From Octopus sinensis (Eukaryota): a DNA stretch of 9,663 nucleotides. The notes under the pieces are model-generated. The model saw only the letters and a list, made by a program, of their open reading frames with translations, was not told the DNA's origin and ran no database searches. Both the position numbers and the translations under genes were made by a program. The stretch lies in assembly GCF_006345805.1 (NCBI RefSeq), contig NW_021827854.1, positions 1 through 9,663 on the forward strand, in the 5' to 3' direction. The stretch's first letter is position 1, and each line of letters opens with the position of its first letter. Below are positions 1 to 8,434 of the stretch, piece after piece.

Positions 1-459
1 ATCTCTGGCCCTTCAGTGTTAGCCTCTACTAAATAAGCTAATTGAATGAGAGATTTGGTCAGTATTTGCACTGAATTATATGCTGTCAATTTGGACTCCA
101 TACATGAGAAGAACTAGTCTGGACATAAGCCTACCAAAGTAGTAAAAAATAAAGGCATCATAGTTCTTTGGGACTTTAGTAGTCAAGCTAATCGAGAATT
201 TCAGGCTAATAGACCAGATATTGTTGTGAAAAATATTGACGAAATATGTTGGTTCGTGTATGTCAATCCCAGTATATTGCAAATCTCAGCGAAAACGTTG
301 GAAAAGTTAAGTAAATGCAAGAACCAAGAAATAAAGTTTTCAAGAATGCAGCATCTAAGAACGATATCTTTACTTGTGACCATCGGAGTTTTGAGGATAA
401 TATCGAATGGCTTTCTAGTGTGTATATGGCACATCCTAAGAAAAGTGGGGTCAACTTAA
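1..459 (+). pseudogene. Decayed C-terminal restriction-like endonuclease (RLE) region of an R4/Dong-clade non-LTR retrotransposon ORF
   Basis: Frame +1 from 121 reads GHKPTKVVKNKGIIVLWDFSSQANREFQANRPDIVVKNIDEICWFVYV...EKLSKCKNQEIKFSRMQHLRTISLLVTIGVLRII...HILRKVGST*. This follows the R4/Dong RLE pattern HKP-x-LWDF-x-NRPDIVV-x-EKLSKY-x-IG-x-HILRK. Upstream pieces ISGPSVLASTK (frame +1) and GQYLH*IIC (frame +3) fit the preceding region. Stops at expected Trp positions (72-74, 115-117) and frameshifts show it is dead. Confidence 0.88.
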
Positions 460-525
460 GAACATTTTAATCTTTTAAAATCTTTCAAACTCACAAATAT
501 TTCAACAAACTATTACCGAAATCCT

Positions 526-627
526 AATTTAAACGGAAATTTTACAATTATATTCACTTATATTCACATCCTTGGCTGAACTGATATACGACCTAAAAAA
601 TGACAGGAATCTCATACGAAATTTCTT
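526..627 (+). repeat. Unclassified interspersed repeat, copy 1 (inverted homologue at 1568-1689)
   Basis: aatttaaacggaaattttacaat...catccttggctgaactgatatacgacctaaaaaatga aligns to the reverse complement of 1568-1689. A 14-mer is identical (567-580 vs 1613-1626). Confidence 0.75.
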
Positions 628-962
628 GGTCAGTATTAGTTAAAACTGCTTTCTTTATATGTGGCGAGAGTGAATGCAACATCTGCTAAATTAATCAATT
701 AGAATCATAAACAATAGGGATAATTTGTTAACCAAACGTATCGTGATGTTAATTAGATGATTCTCGCTTATACACAAGAGGACTTTCGGAAAGCTTCATA
801 TTCTTAGACTTTTTTCTCTTATAGTGTACCTGGAATCGCTTTAACTTAAATCTTAGTTTCTTAAAATTTAATACCAGTTCTTGACAATCTGACTTCCTCA
901 CAAAATTCATTCACTTTAGTTGATCTTAATATTATTAGTAACGATCTTATTCCAACACATAG

Positions 963-1096
963 AAATTCCGCCGAGATTGACTTCGCCTTTCATCTATTAG
1001 GGGTCGGTAAATTAAGTACCAGTGAAACACTGGGGATCAACGTAATCTCCCTCACCTACAATTTCAGACCTTGAGCCTATAGCAGAAAGGGTTATT
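963..1096 (+). mobile_element. 5'-truncated tRNA-derived SINE, family A (central domain plus tail type 1)
   Basis: aaattccgccgagattgacttcgcctttcatctattaggggtcggtaaattaagtaccag aligns with 1312-1390 and with the reverse complement of 3721-3863. The tail aatttcagaccttgagcctatagcagaaagggttatt matches the tail of the 3721-3935 copy. Confidence 0.85.
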
Positions 1097-1242
1097 CCCC
1101 ATGTACACACATTTGCAATCCCGCACATAGGTGTTGCTCCTACCACATTACGATTTGATATTTTTTGTAATATTTTTCTGGTATTTTCTCTCATGGTTTC
1201 CTTTATTTTCTAATACAGTTTATATGTTAATGCTTAATAGAA

Positions 1243-1465
1243 GGGCTGTGAGCTGGCGCACACCGGGCAAACGCTTAGTGGCATTTCGTCCGTCTTAAAG
1301 TTCTGAGATAAAATGCTGCCGAGATCGACTTTGCCTTTCATTCTATTGACATCGATAAAATAAGTACCAGTTGAGTACTGGGGTCGATGTAACAAACTTA
1401 TCTCATTCCTCGAAATTGACGTTCTTGTTCCAAATTTGAAAACATTGTTATTATTATCATTATTA
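1243..1465 (+). mobile_element. tRNA-derived SINE, family A (tail type 2, ending in (TTA)n)
   Basis: The head ggctgtgagctggc...ccgggcaaacgcttagtggcatt aligns with the head of the 3721-3935 copy, with a small deletion. Central domain gactttgcctttcattctattgacatcgataaaataagtaccag. The 3' tail differs from the other two copies and ends in ttattattatcattatt. Confidence 0.88.
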
Positions 1466-1560
1466 AGTTTTTTGTTGTTGCTGCTATTCGAAGTCTCATC
1501 CAGAGACCTCAAGTTAAGCCTTTTACGGAGGGTGTTATTTATGAGTAGCAATGCTATATT
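1445..1560 (-). mobile_element. Possible extreme 3' fragment of a second R4/Dong-type element with a (TAA)n tail
   Basis: The minus strand reads IALLLINNTLRKRL, spaced like the IALLGTAHILRKVL-type C-terminus of this clade. It continues cttgaggtctctggatgagact and then taataatgataataataa. Short and diverged, so weak. Confidence 0.4.
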
Positions 1561-1567
1561 TCAGAAA

Positions 1568-1689
1568 AAGAATTACATATGGGCTTTCTATCATCTTTAG
1601 GTCGAATATCGATTCAGCCAAGGATGGAGATTAGCGCTTACCTAAATACTTAAATGAATGAACAGGATTGTAAAATCTCCGTTTAAATT
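1568..1689 (-). repeat. Unclassified interspersed repeat, copy 2 (inverted relative to 526-627)
   Basis: Reverse complement aatttaaacggagattttacaat...catccttggctgaatcgatattcgacctaaagatga aligns to 526-627, with a ~20-bp internal indel. Confidence 0.75.
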
Positions 1690-1703
1690 GAAATTACATG
1701 ACA

Positions 1704-1999
1704 TCTTTATATATAAAAGTGAAGTTGTGTGTCTGTCTCCTACGATTTAGATTCCTAACTACTCCCACATTTTGCGGTGCAGTTTAACCAAAAGCGGGTA
1801 TCTTATAGTCGTGATTCATATCGAACCCTTCTGGGTATAGCGCGCGTCTACTATGAGTCTACGATTTAAAAAAAAAATACCATCATTTTTTCCCATTTTT
1901 AATCCATTTTTTGCTATTAAATAAGGGAAGTAACTCTCTAAAAATGCTTATATAGTTATTTCCCTTACAAACCCGAGCAACGCCGGGCGATACTGCTAG
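1704..1999 (+). mobile_element. Non-autonomous Helitron (rolling-circle element), 296 bp, both termini intact
   Basis: 5' end A|TCtttatatataaaa (A1703, TC 1704-1705). 3' end CTAG|T (1996-1999, T2000). GC-rich hairpin cccgagc-aac-gccggg at 1972-1987, 8 nt before CTAG. Inserted between A and T with no target duplication, all canonical Helitron hallmarks. Confidence 0.9.
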
Positions 2000-2320
2000 T
2001 CTGTTATAAATGGCTGCATCTAACTTCTTTCTAAGGGACTGATTAGCTAACGGGCGTTCTGTGATCCCTAATGATATTAGTTTACAATTTCCTATTATTC
2101 ATGGCTATGTTGTACGCCAGGACAGGGAGCAAAACATGCACTGTTGTTCAGTGTAAATACCCCTTCAAACACTGAGAGGCAACGGGAACTGATGAGAAAC
2201 TTATAGTTCTTACATCCAGGCTACAGATTTCATCGGTGCACAGGGCTACGTAACAGCAGATCGTAGAAATGATTGAGTTCTCCAAAAATAAACAAAACAG
2301 AATGGTTCGCATTCTCCAGA

Positions 2321-2357
2321 TATATGTGTGCGTGCGTGTGTGTGTGTGTGTCTGTGT

Positions 2358-2389
<32 letters not shown>

Positions 2390-2588
2390 TTGCCCCGCCC
2401 CACCGTCGCTTGACAACCGGGGTTGGTGTGTTTACGTCCACGTAACATAGTGGTTCGGCAAAAGCGACCGACAGAATAAGTACTAGGCTTACAAAGAATA
2501 AGTCCTGGGGTCGAATTGTTCGACTAAAAGTGGTGCTCCAGTATGGCCGAAATCAAATGACTGAAACAAGTAAAAGAATAAAAGAATA
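2321..2588 (+). mobile_element. 5'-truncated SINE, family B (internal (TG)n plus 3' half)
   Basis: ccccgccc...cgcttgacaaccggggttggtgtgtttacgtcc...agaataagtactaggcttacaaagaataagtcctggggtcga...caaatgactgaaacaagtaaaagaataaaaga is colinear with 6300-6556. No tRNA head lies upstream of the (TG)n. Confidence 0.88.
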
Positions 2589-2667
2589 TATATATGTGTG
2601 TGTGTGTGCATTATATATACAGATGTACTAACTTACACTGTGTATAATTTATACACGTGTAGTATAT

Positions 2668-2844
2668 AGGCGTGGCTGTGTGGTAAGAAGCTTGTTTCCC
2701 AGCCACACGGTTTTGAGTTCAGTCCCAGTGCGTTGTACTTGTGCAAGTAACGATTTGTGAATGGGTTTGGTAGACGGAAATTGAAAGAATCCCGTTATGT
2801 CTGTGTGCGTGTGTGTATGTGTGCATACGTGTGTGCGTGTGTGC

Positions 2845-2875
<31 letters not shown>

Positions 2876-3078
2876 GTGTGTGTGTGTGTGTGTGTGTCTT
2901 TCTCTGTCTGTATCCCCGCCCCCACCCCGCGCAGCCAGTGGTTCAGCAGAAAGAAAATGCCAGAATAAGCACCAGATGTATAAAAAAAAAATTAAATTCT
3001 TGAGTTGATTTGTTCTACCAAACCCTTCAAGGCGGTGCCCCAGCATGGCCGTAGTCCAATGACTGAGACAAGTAAAAA
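2668..3078 (+). mobile_element. tRNA-derived SINE, family B, older copy with internal deletions and expanded internal (TG)n
   Basis: A-box-like TGGCTGTGTGG at 2673-2683 and B-box-like GAGTTCAGTCC at 2715-2725. Colinear with 6136-6556. The tail ggcggtgccccagcatggccgtagtccaatgactgagacaagtaaaa is shared with the other copies. Confidence 0.85.
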
Positions 3079-3280
3079 CAAACTGAGAGAGAATTAGAGG
3101 GACAGAAAGAAGTGGTCGAGACTGAAATAAACAGAGAGAGAGAGGGGCCTTAGGTGAGAAAACGAAATCTTTGAGAAAAAAATCAGAGCTAATAAAACGT
3201 ACGGCTTTTATTAAGATTTGCTATTTAGTTAATAAACAAACGGCTGTCAGAGAATTTGTTTTCTTTTTCAAGAACTCATT

Positions 3281-3510
3281 GTGTGTGTGTATGTGTTTTG
3301 CATGCGTGCATGTGTGAATGTGTGCATATGCGTCCAGGCCTGAGTCTGTATTTTATGTCCACATGCATTTCTAGGTGTATGAGTGTATGAGAGTGTAAGC
3401 GTCTTCACGCACGTATGTGTGTTTTTATGTTAGTTCTAATGAATTCCCTCTATTTTTGTTAATTGATGCATGCATGCGTGTGTCAAGTGCGTCTTTTCCC
3501 AACGAGTTTT

Positions 3511-3541
<31 letters not shown>
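3281..3541. repeat. Degenerate TG/TGCA-rich low-complexity tract ending in pure (TG)n at ~3515-3541
   Basis: Direct reading of the sequence. Confidence 0.8.
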
Positions 3542-3720
3542 CGTGGTTTTTTTATGTGCAATTATTATAACTTGTCTTTATGTCTAATAGCTGTATGTTC
3601 CCAACTAATGCGTGTGTTTGAGTATGTGTGTTTATTTGGATGTATATGTGAAATTTTATGAGATATTTTGTCTTTCTATCGGTCACCAGAAATGCCGATA
3701 ATGTTTTGTAATATGGTGAG

Positions 3721-3935
3721 ATAATCCTGTCTATTATAGGCACAGGCCTGGAATTTAGGGGAGGGGATAAGTCGATTATTTCGACCCCAGAACTCAACTG
3801 GTACTTACTTTATCGACCCCGAAAGGATAAAAGGCAAAGGCGACCCCAGTGGCATTTGAACTCAGAACGTGATGACAGACTAAATGACGCCAAGCATTTC
3901 GCCCGACGTGCTAACGATTCCGCCAGCTCACCGCC
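3721..3935 (-). mobile_element. Full-length tRNA-derived SINE, family A (tail type 1), with a 16-bp target-site duplication
   Basis: Minus strand: ggcggtgagctggcggaatcgttagc (A-box-like), gagttcaaatgcc (B-box-like, 3851-3863), ctttgccttttatcctttcggggtcgataaagtaagtaccag, then the tail. Flanks aatatggtgaGataat (3710-3725) and aatatggtgaTataat (3937-3952) match at 15/16. Confidence 0.92.
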
Positions 3936-4097
3936 AAATATGGTGATATAATAAAGAATTGAATTCTTTTATTTTGATTGGGGGTGGGTTATGGGTGTCA
4001 GATTCCCTACAAAACTTTCTTCAGATATACGGACGTACGTCTGACGTTACTTATTTTGAAACATTTTATCGTTAGTCCAATACCAAGGAACAGATTT

Positions 4098-4187
4098 GTG
4101 AGTGCGTGTGTGTGTCTGTGTTGTGTGCGCGCGCGCGCGTGTGTGTGTGTGTGTGTGTCTGTGTGTGTGTGTGTGTGTACGTGTGTA
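4098..4187. repeat. (TG)n microsatellite with an embedded (CG)6 run
   Basis: gtgtgcgcgcgcgcgcgtgtgtg around 4123-4145; alternating purine-pyrimidine with a few interruptions. Confidence 0.9.
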
Positions 4188-4329
4188 TTACATAGTTGAG
4201 AATTCTCCCCCTGTATAAGTTATGCGATCAGCGGTAACGCGAAATCTGAAAAGATTAAGCTCGTCTCTAATTTCTGAAATGAGTTCGTTTCTCTTGTTTG
4301 AAAACTAAACGTCTTAATGTGTGTGCATG

Positions 4330-4332
<3 letters not shown>

Positions 4333-4395
<63 letters not shown>

Positions 4396-4425
4396 ATATA
4401 TATATCTATACATACACACACACAC
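4333..4425. repeat. (TA)n followed by a short (CA)n microsatellite
   Basis: Direct reading of the sequence. Confidence 0.95.
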
Positions 4426-4429
4426 CATT

Positions 4430-4610
4430 ATATATTTATCCTTCGAAACGTTTAGTAATGAAATCTTAGCGACTGAAGAAGGGGATTTTTCGTTGGCTTA
4501 TTGTCCTGTATCTCTCCTTTTTTTTGCTTGTCTTGTTCCTTGGTTGTGTCTATGTGTTTCGTCTCTCTATGTGTTCGACGTCTTTTTGGTGTCCTGTACA
4601 CAGATATGCG
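4430..4610 (+). mobile_element. Probable Penelope-like pseudo-LTR fragment embedded between TA-rich microsatellites
   Basis: Starts atccttcGAAACGTTtagtaatgaa (3' half of a hammerhead plus a polyA-signal-like motif), contains CTGAAGA at 4473-4479, then a T-rich tail. The layout resembles the 7291-7500 and 8383-8552 units. Family assignment is inference. Confidence 0.4.
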
Positions 4611-4676
4611 TGTATATGTAATGTAGAGGTAGGTACGTACATATATGTTTATATATATGCATATTTCTATTTTATT

Positions 4677-4680
<4 letters not shown>

Positions 4681-4725
<45 letters not shown>
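4681..4725. repeat. (TA)n microsatellite
   Basis: Direct reading of the sequence. Confidence 0.95.
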
Positions 4726-4727
<2 letters not shown>

Positions 4728-5140
4728 CATACACGAACATATATACATATATAAACAGAGCGTACATGCTATTTTACTCTATACTTGTAAGTTAGTAAGC
4801 AAAACATCTATGTTTTGGATGCTTAACAAAACTTCTCCCGTGAAACAAACTGTATCGAGTATCACTAAAAATCAATAGCTATATTACATCAAAGCTGATA
4901 GATATAATGAAACTGCAGATCACTGTATCTAATTGCCCCGAGATGAAAACTCTATGCACTTTATATTGATTTTCGATCGATAATACAACCTAGCTGATAT
5001 AGTATTCAATCTGCATTTTCGTTCCTAATATGAATAGAGTTTCTTGTTATACATTCATTTTTATTTATTTTTTACTGCGAGAGTTTTTGTCTTTGATTTT
5101 ACCAGGTTACCGTTGTTCTAATTCTTCTTCAACTTCTACA

Positions 5141-5520
<380 letters not shown>

Positions 5521-6038
5521 TGTATTCCGTTTTTTTGTTTAAATTTGTCGTTTGTCGGTTTAGATTTATTATAAATTCACTTATCGACTCATATATCATG
5601 ACATCTTTTGCTGATTCTATATACTTTTCTAACTACGCCCCCACCCCACCGCCAACCTCCACACACACATACACACGCACGCAAACATACACACAAAATA
5701 ATCTATGCTCGAACCAATCCCACTCTCGTCTTAGCAAACCCCCCACACCTAACTATTAATCTACAAATTACCTTCCTTCCAGCGAATGATTTACCTCATC
5801 AAATATAGATTACCTAGTTTGATAAGAGCACGACTAAACAAAGGTAACCAACCCATCACGACCACTACTACCACAGTATACAGCTGAGACGAGCGGTTTC
5901 AATTCTTACTTGGAGATAATTACACTTTATTTACTGCTACTAGAGCTATTAGGAAAACTCATCAAAACCACAAAATCTTATATTTTCATCATCCTTGCAT
6001 TCTTAAAATATGTGTGTGTGTGTGTGTGCGTTTGAATC

Positions 6039-6110
6039 TATGTATGTATGTATGTATGTATGTATGTATGTATGTATGTATGTATGTATGTATGTATGTA
6101 TGTATGTATG
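6039..6110. repeat. (TATG)18 tetranucleotide microsatellite
   Basis: Direct reading; preceded by (TG)n at ~6011-6028. Confidence 0.95.
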
Positions 6111-6135
6111 TGTGCATTTATTTATGTATGTAATA

Positions 6136-6556
6136 GGCACAGGAGTGGCTGTGTGGTAAGCAGCTTGCTTACCAACCACATGGTTCCGGCTTCAGATCCA
6201 CTGCGTCGCACCTTGGGCAAGTGTCTTCTACTATAGGCTCGAGTCGACCAAATCCTTGTGAGTGGATTTGGTTGACAGAAACTGAAAGAAGCCCGTCGTA
6301 TATATATATGTGTGTGTGTATGAGTGTGTGTGTGTGTGTATGTTTGTGTGTCTGTGTTTGTACCCCGCCCCTAACAACGCTTGACAAGCGATGCTGGTGT
6401 GTTTACGTCCCCGTCACTTAGCGGTTCGGGAAGAGAGACAGATAGAATAAGCACTAGGCTTACAAAGAATAAGTCCTGCGGTCGATGTGCTCGACTAAAG
6501 GCGGTGCTTCAGCTTGGCCACAGTCAAATGACTGAAACAAATAAAAGAATAAAAGA
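6136..6556 (+). mobile_element. Full-length composite tRNA-derived SINE, family B (CORE-like motif, internal TA/TG microsatellite)
   Basis: A-box-like TGGCTGTGTGG at 6146-6156 and degenerate B box at ~6189-6199. accttgggcaagtg (6210-6223) resembles the start of the CORE-SINE domain (ccttgggcaagt). Internal microsatellite at ~6299-6357. Tail cagtcaaatgactgaaacaaataaaagaataaaaga. Two homologues lie in this window. Confidence 0.92.
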
Positions 6557-6567
6557 GTATGTATATA

Positions 6568-6783
6568 GAGGTTTGGCCAAAAGTAACCCGAAAGTAAACC
6601 AAAATTACAAAAATACTTAATATTCAATTTTATTTATTCATCCCAATTATGAATGTTTAATAATTGAATATTGTGAGTTAAAAATTGCCTTTTTTGTTGT
6701 TTATTTATATGAAATAATTTTTTTGTTTTAACCTTAAAACTGAAAGGTTTTGATTTATTGTCATTGTGACTGTTGGTCAGTCC

Positions 6784-6785
<2 letters not shown>
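6568..6785. mobile_element. Probable Tc1/mariner-type MITE with degenerate terminal inverted repeats
   Basis: Left TA|gaggtttggccaaaagtaac versus reverse complement of the right end TA|caggactgaccaacagtcac: 14/20 identical. TA on both flanks (6566-6567, 6786-6787) and an AT-rich non-coding interior. Confidence 0.55.
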
Positions 6786-6787
<2 letters not shown>

Positions 6788-6849
<62 letters not shown>

Positions 6850-6871
6850 TAGTAGATAGATAGAGAGATAG

Positions 6872-6909
<38 letters not shown>

Positions 6910-6946
6910 TTGTAATATATATATATATAATGCATATATATATATT

Positions 6947-6980
<34 letters not shown>

Positions 6981-7098
6981 TATATATATTATATATATAT
7001 ATAATATCTATTCTATCTATATATATGTATATATATCACATACAATATACATATATATATACATATATATGCATGTATACTTATAAAAATATATATGT

Positions 7099-7130
<32 letters not shown>

Positions 7131-7290
7131 ATAATATTCTATATATACAGGATTAATAAAAGACAAAAACGAAATGTGACAAATTTGTATGTAATGTATT
7201 TATATTATATATTATATATATAATATATATAACACCATACATACATATACATATACATATACATATATATATATATGTTATATATATATA
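6788..7290. repeat. Long compound (TA)n/(GATA)n/(TACA)n low-complexity array
   Basis: Direct reading. (GATA)n at ~6846-6908; short unique island at ~7148-7200. Confidence 0.92.
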
Positions 7291-7500
7291 GTGAGAATTC
7301 ACATAAAAAACAACAGACAGGTGGTGTAGACAACAAACAGATGTATTAGTGTTAACGCTCACGAAGTGAAAAAGTCTTTAATGTTTCGAGCCTACGCTCT
7401 TCCACAGAAAGGAACACAGAAAGAACAAAGAGAGAAAGTAAAGAGATTAATATATATAATAATCCCAAAAGACGGTAGTAAATACACGGCGAAAAGAAAA
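7291..7500 (-). mobile_element. Probable Penelope-like pseudo-LTR fragment with a degenerate minimal hammerhead
   Basis: Minus strand 7411-7376: cttt-CTGTGGA-a-gagc-gtag-gctc-GAAAC-ATT-aaag. Helix II gagc/gctc and helix I cttt/aaag both pair perfectly. A T-rich tail follows and ends at (TA)n. Confidence 0.6.
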
Positions 7501-7509
7501 CACAGATAC

Positions 7510-7540
7510 ATATATATATTATATATATATATATGTGTGT

Positions 7541-7573
<33 letters not shown>

Positions 7574-7601
7574 TGTGGGTGGGTGTGTGTGGTGTGTGGT
7601 G

Positions 7602-7637
<36 letters not shown>
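7510..7637. repeat. (TA)n-(TG/TGG)n-(TA)n compound microsatellite
   Basis: Direct reading of the sequence. Confidence 0.9.
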
Positions 7638-7639
<2 letters not shown>

Positions 7640-7858
7640 GCTCTCCTAAGGAAGTAAAAAATTTATAATGTTCATTTATATAAATATGCGCAAGGGTGGT
7701 TGTGTGGTATAGAATGTGTCTTGCATATATACATACATATACCTTCACGAGTTTGTGTGTTCATGTGTGTGTGTGCGTGCGTGTTTAAATGTAATGTACA
7801 GTATATGAATTTATATAATCCATCGGTGATTACAAAAAAGTTCCTTTAGTGAACCAGG

Positions 7859-7932
7859 CTACAAACCACGTTGTATACCAATACGTAAGAGTGTAATATA
7901 GTCCCATGCAGTTGAAATCCACTTAATCCAAT
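7859..7932 (-). CDS. Candidate terminal coding exon (phase 1): xWIKWISTAWDYITLLRIGIQRGL*; product unknown
   Basis: Unique sequence with a minus-strand acceptor cattttttcAG (AG at 7934-7933), then AT TGG ATT AAG TGG...GGT TTG TAG. The peptide looks protein-like and amphipathic. No family recognised and no upstream exon found in the window. Confidence 0.3.
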
Positions 7933-8032
7933 CTGAAAAAATGATTTCATAAGGATTATACAGAATACATATTACAAGCATATGTATATATGAGAGGTAT
8001 TGGTATCCAGAAGCCCCAAGGTGGCAGGTAAC

Positions 8033-8064
8033 GCTATGTAAGTGCTATGTAAGTGCTATGAAAG
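8033..8064. repeat. 11-bp tandem repeat (gctatgtaagt) x ~3
   Basis: gctatgtaagt gctatgtaagt gctatgaaag. Confidence 0.85.
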
Positions 8065-8208
8065 GACCGTAGTTAAACTCTCGGTTCGATAATGATAAGA
8101 GGGAGGAGTCTAATGCGGGTCTTTTATGAGCATGTATATGTTAAATAAAATGAGACAACAAAGCCAAGGCTGTGTGGAATTTTCAAGACATTTATGAAGA
8201 GAAAGTTA

Positions 8209-8256
8209 GCCTTACAGCTGTTTCTGAGAAATTAGGGATATCCCTTCATCAGAGAC
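8209..8256 (-). ncRNA. Minimal type I hammerhead ribozyme motif (left arm)
   Basis: Minus strand gtct-CTGATGA-a-gggatat-cccta-atttctc-a-GAAAC-agct-GTA-aggc. The core is intact, helix I gtct/aggc pairs with one G-U, and helix II is weakened by one G-U and one U-U. Confidence 0.65.
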
Positions 8257-8434
8257 GATATGAGAGAGTTAAATAGAGGGGAAATAGTAGAATTCAGTAT
8301 AAGGAGTTATTTTGGAAAAGGAAGGAAATAAGGAGTATAGAGGGAAATAGGAGAATGAATGTACAAATAAAAATTTATAAACTAACTCGTTGTATTGAAC
8401 TCTAATATTTCCCTCTGTTTAACTATCTCACATC

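Noticed and set aside
226-459. 77-aa ORF as a standalone gene
   Set aside because: It is the open tail of the disrupted R4/Dong ORF. It starts at GTG, and catalytic-region residues are degenerate (KLSKC instead of KxxKY).
2189-2215. CTGATGA immediately followed by GAAAC-ttata-GTT
   Set aside because: No helix II or linker between the boxes and helix I does not pair, so it cannot form a hammerhead. Treated as chance.
2148-3046. HT-, VC- and CV-repeat ORFs in the ORF track
   Set aside because: They are translations of (TG)n/(CA)n inside SINEs, with no domain-like sequence.
4298-4878. YI-repeat ORFs (also at 6634-6981, 7392-7748 and 9296-9658)
   Set aside because: (TA)n has no stop codons, so these ORFs are artefacts.
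6126-6565. gtatgta on both sides of the 6136-6556 SINE as a target-site duplication
   Set aside because: Low-complexity match within TATG-rich flanks; not distinguishable from chance.
7687-7725. gcgcaagggtggttgtgtggta resembling a family B SINE head
   Set aside because: Only ~25 bp of similarity; too short to call.
8033-8064. Short direct repeats as a CRISPR-like array
   Set aside because: Head-to-tail 11-mers with no spacers, in a eukaryotic context.
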